From Thermoanaerobaculia bacterium (GTDB taxonomy: Bacteria; Acidobacteriota; Thermoanaerobaculia; Multivoradales; UBA5704), in contig JBBRUC010000005.1 in NCBI GenBank assembly GCA_038248205.1, forward strand, positions 1 through 63,841: 63,841 nt of DNA, read 5' to 3'. Position 1 is the stretch's first letter; each line of letters opens with the position of its first letter. Of the stretch, positions 52,505 through 61,044 are shown piece after piece. Below the pieces are notes generated by a model that was not told the DNA's origin, searched no databases, and saw only the letters and a program-made list of their open reading frames with translations. The translations under genes were made by a program, and so were the position numbers.

Positions 52505-53196
52505 CACAGGGTCCGGCGAGCGATTGGCCTGTTCATGGACAAGGTCTTCTCTCGTCGATACCAAGCCATCCTCGTCAGGTACGAAGAGGAAGCCCAGATC
52601 GGGCGCTTGACCTGACATCCTCTCCCACGGCTGCAAGAAGACCTGGTCGCCCGACCCCAAGATTGGCCGAGGGTCCACTGCGTCACCGCCCTGCTGACCG
52701 GCCAAGCGTTCGAGGGAGCCTGGTTCGATCGCACAAAGGAGTGGGAAGCGTGCCAGCGCGGCGCGGAGGTCGGCGTCCGGCAATTCAAGGAGACAGAAGT
52801 CTTGAACCTCACCCCCCGTTTCCTGCTGGCGGCATCTATCGTCCGAGGAGTACCGTCACCGGATCGCCGAGATGATCGAGGCGATCGCCGCGATGGCCAC
52901 CGCCCGGCGAGCAGAGACAGGAATTGAGCCCTTCGGCCCGCTCGCAATCCTTCGGCAACGCCCCTTCTCGCAACCGGCGAAGACCAAGAGGTCGCCCGCG
53001 CCGCCAGCAAGCGGGTTCGGACCCAGATGCGGATTGCCGACGCCTGGTTCGCACGGGCCTGCCGAGAGGAGGCCGAGTACCTCAGGGCTGGCGTCGCGGG
53101 CCATCCGAGCCACTCGTGGACGCGGGCCTTCGATTCGGCCTCGATGACCAGAGGGTACTTCCAGCCGCAGCTTCTGCTGAATCACTGCCTGTATAG
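52505..53196 (+). pseudogene. decayed 3' two-thirds of a Y1/RAYT-associated transposase-like gene
   Basis: The plus-strand reading is RYQAILV...HPLPRLQEDLVARPQDWP...GAWFDRTKEWEACQRGAEV...EVLNLTP[fs]PVSCWRHLSSEEYRHRIAEMIEAIAAMATARRAETGIEPFGPLAILRQRPFSQPAKTKRSPAPP[fs]ASKRVR...LRAG. It contains an in-frame TGA at 52613 and at least two frameshifts, and the catalytic N-terminal domain is missing. The family assignment is from memory. Confidence 0.45.
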
Positions 53197-53328
53197 AGAC
53201 TCAAAAGGTTGTGGGCCTGTAGGAAGGAGTTTGTCGCGTTATCAGTCATAACTGTCGATCGTCCTAACTTCCAATCGGGAAATACTTAGCGCCCTACTCT
53301 GACTTCAAAGATTTTAACCGAGACCGTA

Positions 53329-54615
53329 ATGCCAAAACGATATTTCGATTTCTCTTTGGGATTCGAGAACACGGCAGGAGGAGGGTATCTCGTTCGCGCC
53401 GCGTCTCGACAAGCTGAAGCGGAAAGCGTCACTGGCCTGACTTTCGATTCAGGAGAGCTGAAGGCACTGGGGCCGCTCGTCCGGGGCTCCGATTCGGTAC
53501 CTTGCATTAGCGACAACCACGAAGCTCTCGGCCGTGCCCTCTTCGCTGCTCTCTTTCCCGGACCAGTTGGCGAACTCTACTCGGCAGAATCTCAAGCGGC
53601 TAAAGATGCTGGGCTCGGACTCCGCATTCGCCTTCACTTTCGCCCTCAGAGCCCTGAATTGGCCTGGCTCATGAGAGTGCCTTGGGAACTCCTTTTCGAC
53701 GAGAACAATGGCGGCTTTCCCGCTCTGAACCCGAGCACTCCCATCCTGCGCCATCTCGACCTACTCCGACCGGCGAGCCGGTTTCCCTTCAAGTCACCTA
53801 TACGAATTCTGGTGGCGATGGCAGACACACTCGGTCCCATTCAACTGCAGCTAGAGGACGAGCTAAGGCGGATCGAGTCGGCCCTGTCGGGACGCAAGAG
53901 GTTCGAGGTAAAGGTGATCGGTAGGGCGTCGCCGGAGATCCTGCGACAGGAGCTGACGCGGAGCAAGTACCAAATCGTCCACTTCATGGGCCACGGGATT
54001 ACAGATTCAGGTGAAGGCAGCTTGATCTTCTCGACGCCTAGAGGGCAGGCCCGCCCGGTGGCCGGAAAGGAACTTGCGCACTTGCTCCAGGTCACGAGTA
54101 CGCCTGGGCTTGTGATCCTGAGCGCCTGCCGTTCCGCAGCGACTCCTCAGGACCACCGAGCTACTCCGCTTGCAGGAGTGGCCGGCGCCCTCGTTCGTAG
54201 CGGGCAACCTGCCGTCATCGGAATGCAGTTCGACGTCAACGATTCCGCAGCCATCACCTTCAGCGGCCGCCTTTACGAGCAGCTTGCCGAAGGCGAGCCG
54301 ATCGAGGCTGCCGTAGCCGAGGCCCGACTGGCGGTCTATTTGGCCAATTCGAACTCCACCAATTGGATTGCTCCGGTGCTCTTCTTACGAGGGGCAGACC
54401 AACGACTTGAGGGGAATCCCGTGAAAGCGAAGAATCCTGCAGGCGACAGTATTCGTCTCAGAGTCGAAAGCAATGAAGTCGAAGGCCGCGATATCGAGAT
54501 CCTCGGCTCTACCGGTGACCGATCGTCCGGCAGACCACGCAAGGTAGACGCCAAGATAGCAATAGGAAAGATCATCGCTCACGAAGGCTTGATCATCGCC
54601 GCAAACAAGAAATAA
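53329..54615 (+). CDS. CHAT-domain (caspase-like) protease
   Basis: The His-Cys dyad is visible in YQIVHFMGH(222)GITDSGEGSLIF and PGLVILSAC(267)RSAA. The IGMQF/AITFSGRLY context is typical of CHAT. It is the first gene of a lower-GC operon. Confidence 0.85.
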   Translation: MPKRYFDFSLGFENTAGGGYLVRAASRQAEAESVTGLTFDSGELKALGPLVRGSDSVPCISDNHEALGRALFAALFPGPVGELYSAESQAAKDAGLGLRIRLHFRPQSPELAWLMRVPWELLFDENNGGFPALNPSTPILRHLDLLRPASRFPFKSPIRILVAMADTLGPIQLQLEDELRRIESALSGRKRFEVKVIGRASPEILRQELTRSKYQIVHFMGHGITDSGEGSLIFSTPRGQARPVAGKELAHLLQVTSTPGLVILSACRSAATPQDHRATPLAGVAGALVRSGQPAVIGMQFDVNDSAAITFSGRLYEQLAEGEPIEAAVAEARLAVYLANSNSTNWIAPVLFLRGADQRLEGNPVKAKNPAGDSIRLRVESNEVEGRDIEILGSTGDRSSGRPRKVDAKIAIGKIIAHEGLIIAANKK

Positions 54616-54633
54616 AGACTGCCGGATAAGCGC

Positions 54634-55806
54634 ATGGATACTTTGAATGCCCTCTGGCACAGCATCTGGTCGGACAACTCGACACCAGGGAGAATCATCG
54701 TCCTTGTCATCATTGCCCTGCTCTTATGGGCACTCCGGAGCGGCTCCCGGCATTCCAGACGCTATCTAAAGGAAGAGAGAAACCTCTCGATTTTCGAGGA
54801 GAAGTTGCGGGAAGCCGCGACTCCGAAGGCAGCTGAACCCGGCAACGAAGAACTTCCAAATGGGCCGCAGCCGGTATCCCCGGCCGACCTAGCCAAGCTT
54901 CGAGAGGGTTTGGCGCCGGACAGTCTGATCGCGGAGCGGATCGAGGCGATCGAAAAGCTGCGGACTCGACAGGTCCGGGTAAATCCGAGCGCGCTTCAGC
55001 AGCTCAGTCTTGCCCGAGATGAAGCCCGGCCAGGAATGGCGGTCCCCGGAGCCGTCGCGGGCTTGGCGACCATGCTCGGTTTGCTCGGGACTTTCATCGG
55101 CCTCGCTATGATGGTTCAACAGATCCAGTTCGTACTGCCGCGGAACTCGGGTGCCACCTCCATCGATTCCTGGACGCAATCGGTCGACAACATCTCGCGG
55201 GTTCTCGGCGGGATCAAAACCGCGTTCTCTGCCTCCCTGGTCGGCATCGCCTGCTCCATTCTCGCCTCCTTGATCAACTTCAGGATGCGAACCGCCCAGG
55301 CTCTGCTCTTCGAGCGCTTGGAGCGCTTCACGACGGTGGATCTACTTCCGGCCGCTGTGCCAGCGGTCGAAGATGAAAGCCTCCTCGATCGCGTTTCGCT
55401 GCAGCTGGAGAACTCGTTTTCTCGCCTGGAAGAAATCTATCGCCAGAACCAGGAATCGATCAAAGACATGACTGGAGCACAGCGCGCCTTCGTCGATATT
55501 GTCGAAGAGATCCGCAAGATCACTCGCAGTGAGGCGTCGCAGAATCTCGAAGGTGTTCTAGAGCAGCTTGCACAAACAAACCGCTCTGTGCTGGCGGTGA
55601 CTCAACAGCTGCCCAAGATTGTGTCGGCGGTCGAATCGGGCCAGCACCGGCTTCTCGATCGCCTGTCGACCCTGCTCTCTTCCTTCGCTCCGATGGCCAA
55701 CGGCTCATCGCTCGGCGCGAAGCAGCGCTTGAGCACAACCGGCATCCTCGCCATCATTCTGGTCGGCTTGCTCATGGTCTTCTTTTACCTGAAGACGGGA
55801 GCTTGA
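54634..55806 (+). CDS. MotA/ExbB/TolQ-family ion-channel protein, atypical architecture
   Basis: An N-terminal TM helix is followed by the MotA_ExbB core (GLATMLGLLGTFIGLAMMV ... GIKTAFSASLVGIACSILASLINF). Then come about 150 aa of helical tail and a terminal TM helix (GILAIILVGLLMVFFYL). Confidence 0.75.
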   Translation: MDTLNALWHSIWSDNSTPGRIIVLVIIALLLWALRSGSRHSRRYLKEERNLSIFEEKLREAATPKAAEPGNEELPNGPQPVSPADLAKLREGLAPDSLIAERIEAIEKLRTRQVRVNPSALQQLSLARDEARPGMAVPGAVAGLATMLGLLGTFIGLAMMVQQIQFVLPRNSGATSIDSWTQSVDNISRVLGGIKTAFSASLVGIACSILASLINFRMRTAQALLFERLERFTTVDLLPAAVPAVEDESLLDRVSLQLENSFSRLEEIYRQNQESIKDMTGAQRAFVDIVEEIRKITRSEASQNLEGVLEQLAQTNRSVLAVTQQLPKIVSAVESGQHRLLDRLSTLLSSFAPMANGSSLGAKQRLSTTGILAIILVGLLMVFFYLKTGA

Positions 55807-56471
55807 ACGTGAGGTGGCACGAACGACACACGGGAGAGTTCGCTCGGCGCAGCATGCCCGTACCTTGGCCCGCGATGCTCGATCTAATTACCTCTACCTT
55901 TATGGTCTTCATGCTCATTACAACTCTCCAGCTGGCTCTCGGCGTCGACGAGATGGAGGCGGCGCTAACCCGGAACAAGCAAGAGCGTTTCCTCGAGAAT
56001 TTTCGGCGCGAGTTCGAAAAGGAAATCCGACGCGACGAGATTTCCGTGGAGCGTCACCTCAACTTCATCCAGATCCTGTTCCGTGACAACGTCCTGTTCG
56101 GGCCGGGGGATTTCCGGCTGGGCTCCGCCGGCAAAGGGTTGCTGGATCGATGCGCGCGGGTGTTCGCGAAGGCCGAGGGGAGTGGCTTCGAGCAGATCCA
56201 GGTCGAGGGGCACACAGACAACATAAACCTCGACCACGATCAATACCCCACCAACAATTGGGAGCTGTCCACAGCTCGGGCTCTCGAGGTCGTCGAGTTC
56301 CTGAGCCGCAAGCACCCTTCGTTCGCCCCAGCCCTTTCCGCCAACGGCTACTCCCATTACCGCCCGGTGGCGGACAACTCGACTCGCGCCGGACGCGCCC
56401 GTAACAGAAGGATCGAGATTCGGCTGTTCTTCTCCGGCACCGAGTCGACCCGAAAGGTCGCCGCGCGGTGA
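55803..56471 (+). CDS. MotB-like protein: TM plug with conserved Asp plus OmpA-type peptidoglycan-binding domain
   Basis: The start overlaps the upstream stop (TTGA). PWPAMLD(27)LITSTFMVFMLI is MotB-like. The OmpA_C motifs are QVEGHTDN, NNWELSTARALEVV and ARNRRIEIRLF. Confidence 0.85.
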   Translation: MNVRWHERHTGEFARRSMPVPWPAMLDLITSTFMVFMLITTLQLALGVDEMEAALTRNKQERFLENFRREFEKEIRRDEISVERHLNFIQILFRDNVLFGPGDFRLGSAGKGLLDRCARVFAKAEGSGFEQIQVEGHTDNINLDHDQYPTNNWELSTARALEVVEFLSRKHPSFAPALSANGYSHYRPVADNSTRAGRARNRRIEIRLFFSGTESTRKVAAR

Positions 56472-57262
56472 GACGGGACGCTTCCTGGTTGCTCCGCAGG
56501 TTTGCGGACGGAGGCGCTCCCGACTGGCGGGTGGAGGAGGCCCTGGGATGGGAATTCGACGCGCTGATCGACCGACGAGCTGCGCTGGCCGGAGAGTCGA
56601 GCGGTCTCCGGCGAACGGCCTCGGAGCAGCTGCGGGAATTCGACGAGGCGACCAACCGAGCTCTCCAGTGGCGAAAGGAGCGGCGATTCAAGGAAGCGCT
56701 ACTCGAGATTCGCCGCGCCCAGGTCGAACTGGCCAAGCTACAGCGTATCGTGACCGTCGAGCTGGGGCTGGCGCGAACTCTCGCTTTGATCGAGGAGATC
56801 GACGCGCTCGTCGAATCGCCTCTCCACGAGCTGCCGACCCTCGGCATCCTGCGGCGCTTGCAGCGTTTAGCGCGAGAGTTCCTGGATCAAGGGCAGCCGA
56901 GACCGGCAAACTTCGTGATCTTCCTCCTCACCGCCCAGGTCGATCGCCTGCGATCTCGCGAGCACGGTCGCGCCACCTCACCCGAGCCGATTTCGGCGCC
57001 TTCCGAGAGACCAAGGAGCGGAGCAGCGGCGGAGAGCCTGAAGCGGCTGAGCCGGGAGGGATACTTCCACCTCGCCGACAGGCTCTCCCAAGACCTCGAC
57101 ACAGTTCAGACCGTCGAGGAGCGTGCCCGGCGCGCTTCGGAGGCACAAGGGCCGATGGGCGCTCTTGTGGAAGAGATGAAAAGGATTCGCGAGCAGGCCG
57201 ATTCGGCCCGGCGCTCCCTGGCGGCATGGCTCGAAAGTGCCGCGCCTGCCAGCACTCCCTAA
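56468..57262 (+). CDS. hypothetical helical protein (operon gene 4)
   Basis: The GTG overlaps the upstream stop (GTGA). It is 264 aa, Arg/Glu/Leu-rich and predicted helical, with no TM segment and no recognised family. Confidence 0.55.
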   Translation: MRRDASWLLRRFADGGAPDWRVEEALGWEFDALIDRRAALAGESSGLRRTASEQLREFDEATNRALQWRKERRFKEALLEIRRAQVELAKLQRIVTVELGLARTLALIEEIDALVESPLHELPTLGILRRLQRLAREFLDQGQPRPANFVIFLLTAQVDRLRSREHGRATSPEPISAPSERPRSGAAAESLKRLSREGYFHLADRLSQDLDTVQTVEERARRASEAQGPMGALVEEMKRIREQADSARRSLAAWLESAAPASTP

Positions 57263-57272
57263 GGAGGGTGAT

Positions 57273-58577
57273 ATGGCTGCTTCACTTACCGAAGATCTGC
57301 GCGTCGCGTGGAAAATTCAGGGCGTCGGACCCGATCCGACGCATGCCCTGGCGATCTTCAAGAAGAACGGGACCGGAAGCGTCCTGCACAAAATGCTCGA
57401 GCCGGGACAGACCTTCCGACGATGGTTCGGCTCGCTCGACTCTTATCACGCTTACTCCATTTCAACTGAGGAGAATCTCCGGCACACTTTCAGCCGCAAG
57501 TACCAGGCCGTCAACCAGACCTGGACATTCACCCTCCATTTTGCTCTCGATTTCAAGGTTGCCAGGCCCAAGGTCCTGGCCCTCAAGCTGGACAGAAGCG
57601 ACCCCGTGCGGCGACTTGAGGAAGAGGTCGCGATGGTGCTTAGCGCCACGGCCCGTCGGCTCTCCTGGGAGGCCTTGGAGGTCGAAGGCCCCAGTTTCAG
57701 TCTCCGACTGTTGGAAGCCGAGAGCACGGAGGGTCTTGGCGAGCGCACCCTGAACTTCGTACGCCTTATATCCTTCGCGGAGAACCTCGGTCTCCAGCTG
57801 CGAAACGTCGGCGTCACCCGAAGTCTCTCCGAAGGGGATCTCCGACCTGTTATAAGAAAGCGCGAAGTAGGCATCCAGCTAGAGGTCAAGGTCGCCGACC
57901 ACACTCTGGCGAAGGGGGAGGAGCTGCTTCTGCACGATAGCGAACTCCTCAAAGATCACCATCGGCAGGAGCGTGAACTCCTCAAAGAGAATCACCGGCA
58001 GGAGCGTGAGCGGCTGGCTCTTCACGGAAATCAGATCCTTCAAGGTGCCGAGCGGCTCAAGCTCGTCCTCGACAGCTTGACCAAAGAGGGTCTTCGAGGC
58101 TTCTCGCAAGCCGTCGACGGCGTTCGCTCCTTTCCCGCGATCGCCGACGCGCTCGGGGAGGTACAAGCGATTCAGGCGAGTCTGATGAAATTGTCCTCTG
58201 TGCCGGCCTTCCCCCTATCGTCGCCGGACAACGAGGCGAACCCACTCGCGGGCTCGCAGGCGGTGCCTATTCTGACGGAGGCGAGACACCCTTTGGACCC
58301 GTTGGAGCGATTCGTCGGCGACGCCTTCCAGCATCTTCGCAGCCTGGATGAAAATCCCGCAGATAAGCGACTTCTTCTGGCCATCAGCCTGCATATTCTC
58401 GCTGAAGCCTCGATCGGCAACGAAGGCGACGAGGAGTTCTTGATCGGTTGCAGCGAGAGCTTGAAACGGCAGATCTATCCCTTGGAATCAATCTTGGGAG
58501 TCGGGCCGTTGGACTTCTTCAACCGGATCATGAACGTCGACGAGCTTCGACAGGATCTGAGGCTTGAAACCCGATGA
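57273..58577 (+). CDS. hypothetical protein (operon gene 5)
   Basis: ATG 57273 is preceded by AAGGAGGG. The N-terminal roughly 200 aa are beta/alpha and faintly SPFH/band-7-like. The centre has a tandem LLKDHHRQERELLKENHRQERERL motif. No confident family. Confidence 0.6.
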   Translation: MAASLTEDLRVAWKIQGVGPDPTHALAIFKKNGTGSVLHKMLEPGQTFRRWFGSLDSYHAYSISTEENLRHTFSRKYQAVNQTWTFTLHFALDFKVARPKVLALKLDRSDPVRRLEEEVAMVLSATARRLSWEALEVEGPSFSLRLLEAESTEGLGERTLNFVRLISFAENLGLQLRNVGVTRSLSEGDLRPVIRKREVGIQLEVKVADHTLAKGEELLLHDSELLKDHHRQERELLKENHRQERERLALHGNQILQGAERLKLVLDSLTKEGLRGFSQAVDGVRSFPAIADALGEVQAIQASLMKLSSVPAFPLSSPDNEANPLAGSQAVPILTEARHPLDPLERFVGDAFQHLRSLDENPADKRLLLAISLHILAEASIGNEGDEEFLIGCSESLKRQIYPLESILGVGPLDFFNRIMNVDELRQDLRLETR

Positions 58578-61030
58578 CCAAGCCACGTGACGAGCCGTTG
58601 CCTCTCGATGGGGAGGACGAACGGGAGGACGAGGAACCGCACGATTCCCTGGACGACGACGACGACGGTCCGGATCGGGTGGCGAACCAGAATTCCGTTT
58701 CCGTCAAATCGGATTTGATTTCGGCAGGAACCTTCGACCTGGCCGCCACGATTATCAAGAAACAATACAACTTCACGATGGCGTCGGCGACCACCGACAC
58801 GGTTCAGCTGTCGATTCACCATTTCCGCTCCTGGAGCCCGGAGGAGCTCGACCGTTGCGAGACGGAACTGGTCTTCGATCCGGAAGCGATGTCGGAACTA
58901 GAGCGCGCCTTGGAAGACCGGCGGATCCTGGTCCTCTGCGGTGAAGCGGAAAGCGGCAAAGGTAGCACGGCGTTGATTCTCGCCTCAAAGCTGACCAAGA
59001 CACTTGGGCTCCAGGGCTCGCTGGTCTGCCAGGGACTCGACTCCAATGTGCAGGTCGATCTCGAGAAGATCTGCGGCCAGCGCTCTTTTCAACGCCACGT
59101 GGTGATGTTGGAAGACGCCCTGGTCGGCGAGAGTTCATCGCTCAAGGACTTCGTCAAGACGATCGACGGAGTCCGCGTGGCAAACCTGTCGCAACGGCTC
59201 GAACGGAATGACTCCGTACTGGTCATCACGGCCACCCCCCATTCTCTCTCCGAACATCAGAAGCGACTCGAAGGGCTGGGGATACTCAAGCTTGTCGGCA
59301 CTGCCTCTGCGGAGTTGTTGTGGCGGGCCTTCCAGCGGTCCGTAGAGCGCCTGCCGCAGGCCCCGGAGCGACGCGAGGAGCTGGCAGCCGTGGTCACGGA
59401 GATCAAGGCGAACCTGCCGCCCGAGCTGAACACAATCCCGCGGATCGCTCGGTTCGTTCACGATTACCTCGGCGAGATCCTGGAAGGGAACCTCACGATC
59501 CAGCAGGCCCTCTCCCGGATGGACGACCTGTCTCAATGGTTGACTACCGATCTGTCGGGTGACTTGGACGCACAGGCGGCAGTGCTCGCGATCGTCCTCG
59601 GCTCGGCAGTTCCACCGGCCGCCGGCGTTCCCTGGCTCTTGTTCGACCAACTGCGGCGCAAGATTGTCGACCTCTTCCTCCGGGAGCTACGGATCTCGGA
59701 CGACAAGCCGCTCTCGACGGCCGGCTTCGGCAGCACGGCGTTCCTCCGGCGCGCCAGAGCCCATATCGTGTCGATGCCCTCTCCTCTGCAGGATCTCGTC
59801 CGGTTTCGTGACGATCGATATCCTCGACGGCTCTGGCAGGCCTTGTTGGGGTCTGCTCGCGGGATCGCGACCCTGTTGGTGCCCTTACTGAAAGAACTCT
59901 CGCACCACTCGGAAGACCTTTATTTCCGTGCTTGCGCCGCGGCGGCCTTGGGGCGGTTGGGGCAAATTGGACCGACATCGCTCGCGGTACCAATCATTGA
60001 GGAGTGGGCTCGGGACACATCTACACCGGATGATCTCCTCGGCTTCTTCCTTCAGGGAATTGTCGCAAGCGAGAACGACGGGTATATGGATTTCTGCCTG
60101 GCAGTTCTTCGCCATCAGGCTTCTCAGGAGGATCTCGCTGTGGCTCAGACCGTTGTCCACGCCTGGAGGCACTTAGGCTGCCGAGATCCCGCGCTGCCGA
60201 TCCGGGAGCTGTGCCTCATCGTACGATCGCGCCTCCCAATCCAGATCGATCAGCTCCGTCTAGTGGAACGGGAGGTTGTCGCGGAAGAGGAAAAGATCCG
60301 GGGCGCTGGGGACTCTCGTAAGGTCGCCCGCGAGCTGCGTGTTTTCCAAGCCCAACTTTTTGTCGTGATGGCCGCCGCCCTGGTCCCCGCGGAACGGATC
60401 CCCTTAGTGGGCGCGATCCGATATTCCCTGGCCGGCGTTCTGTTCTCGCAAGGCGGCAACCTCGGTCCAGTGCTGTCCGAGCTGACGGCTCGTATGCGAA
60501 AGGAGCCAACGAAGCTCGCCCCCCTCTTCGCCTATCTCTTCCTCCATCGCAGAGGCTTATTCGATCTACTCGATCAACACAAGTGGATCTCCAGCTCCCT
60601 GAGCCTGGCGCCTTGCAGTCGCTTCCTGATCACCGCGAGCCGAGGCCCCGAGGATGCCGCGACGTTGATCCAATTCCTGGAGAAGATCTTCGGCACACTC
60701 CAGACGTTTCCTGGGGTCTTCCAGCTCGTGCTCGAGCAGAGACTCCTTCAAGTTCTCAGGAACTGGAGCAAGGAGGGCTGTCAGGTGATCGAATTGCGAA
60801 CGACGGTTATCGGCTTGCTGAACAGCCTAAAATCTGCGGGAAATCCCTACCTAGCGAAGACTGTGATCCATTTCCTCCGGACGGACCGGCACTTCCTGAC
60901 CAAGGGAAGCCGCCTCCATGCTCTTGGAACCGATGTGTTAAACGGTCGTGGCATGGATCCAATTCCAGTGCCCTTAGCAACCAGGCGCTTGCCGCGATGG
61001 ATGGAGACGGAGCGGCGAGAGATCGATTAA
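58574..61030 (+). CDS. 818-aa P-loop-like NTPase with acidic N-terminus and helical-repeat C-terminal region (operon gene 6)
   Basis: ATGA overlap with gene 5. The N-terminus reads DEPLPLDGEDEREDEEPHDSLDDDDDGPD. The Walker A-like motif is ILVLCGEAESGKGSTAL (GK followed by G, not S/T) and the Walker B-like motif is RHVVMLEDAL. The remaining 550 aa are Leu-rich and ARM/HEAT-like. Confidence 0.6.
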   Translation: MTKPRDEPLPLDGEDEREDEEPHDSLDDDDDGPDRVANQNSVSVKSDLISAGTFDLAATIIKKQYNFTMASATTDTVQLSIHHFRSWSPEELDRCETELVFDPEAMSELERALEDRRILVLCGEAESGKGSTALILASKLTKTLGLQGSLVCQGLDSNVQVDLEKICGQRSFQRHVVMLEDALVGESSSLKDFVKTIDGVRVANLSQRLERNDSVLVITATPHSLSEHQKRLEGLGILKLVGTASAELLWRAFQRSVERLPQAPERREELAAVVTEIKANLPPELNTIPRIARFVHDYLGEILEGNLTIQQALSRMDDLSQWLTTDLSGDLDAQAAVLAIVLGSAVPPAAGVPWLLFDQLRRKIVDLFLRELRISDDKPLSTAGFGSTAFLRRARAHIVSMPSPLQDLVRFRDDRYPRRLWQALLGSARGIATLLVPLLKELSHHSEDLYFRACAAAALGRLGQIGPTSLAVPIIEEWARDTSTPDDLLGFFLQGIVASENDGYMDFCLAVLRHQASQEDLAVAQTVVHAWRHLGCRDPALPIRELCLIVRSRLPIQIDQLRLVEREVVAEEEKIRGAGDSRKVARELRVFQAQLFVVMAAALVPAERIPLVGAIRYSLAGVLFSQGGNLGPVLSELTARMRKEPTKLAPLFAYLFLHRRGLFDLLDQHKWISSSLSLAPCSRFLITASRGPEDAATLIQFLEKIFGTLQTFPGVFQLVLEQRLLQVLRNWSKEGCQVIELRTTVIGLLNSLKSAGNPYLAKTVIHFLRTDRHFLTKGSRLHALGTDVLNGRGMDPIPVPLATRRLPRWMETERREID

Positions 61031-61044
61031 TCCGGGATCAAGGC

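Noticed and set aside
52484-52783. An N-terminal 100-codon extension of the hicA ORF (LRAALARFPLLCAIEPGSLERLAG, faintly like a cyclic-nucleotide-binding domain).
   Set aside because: The same DNA read on the plus strand gives a much better match to the transposase-like remnant (WFDRT..., DWP...). HicA homology starts only at the GTG at 52483.
54634-56471. The MotA/MotB-like pair as a flagellar stator, Tol-Pal or ExbBD-TonB component.
   Set aside because: There are no flagellar, tolR/tolA/pal or tonB/exbD genes in the window. The pair is embedded in an operon with a CHAT protease and an NTPase, inside a low-GC island flanked by TA modules. The MotA-like protein also has a non-canonical tail. 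A housekeeping role cannot be formally excluded without profile searches.
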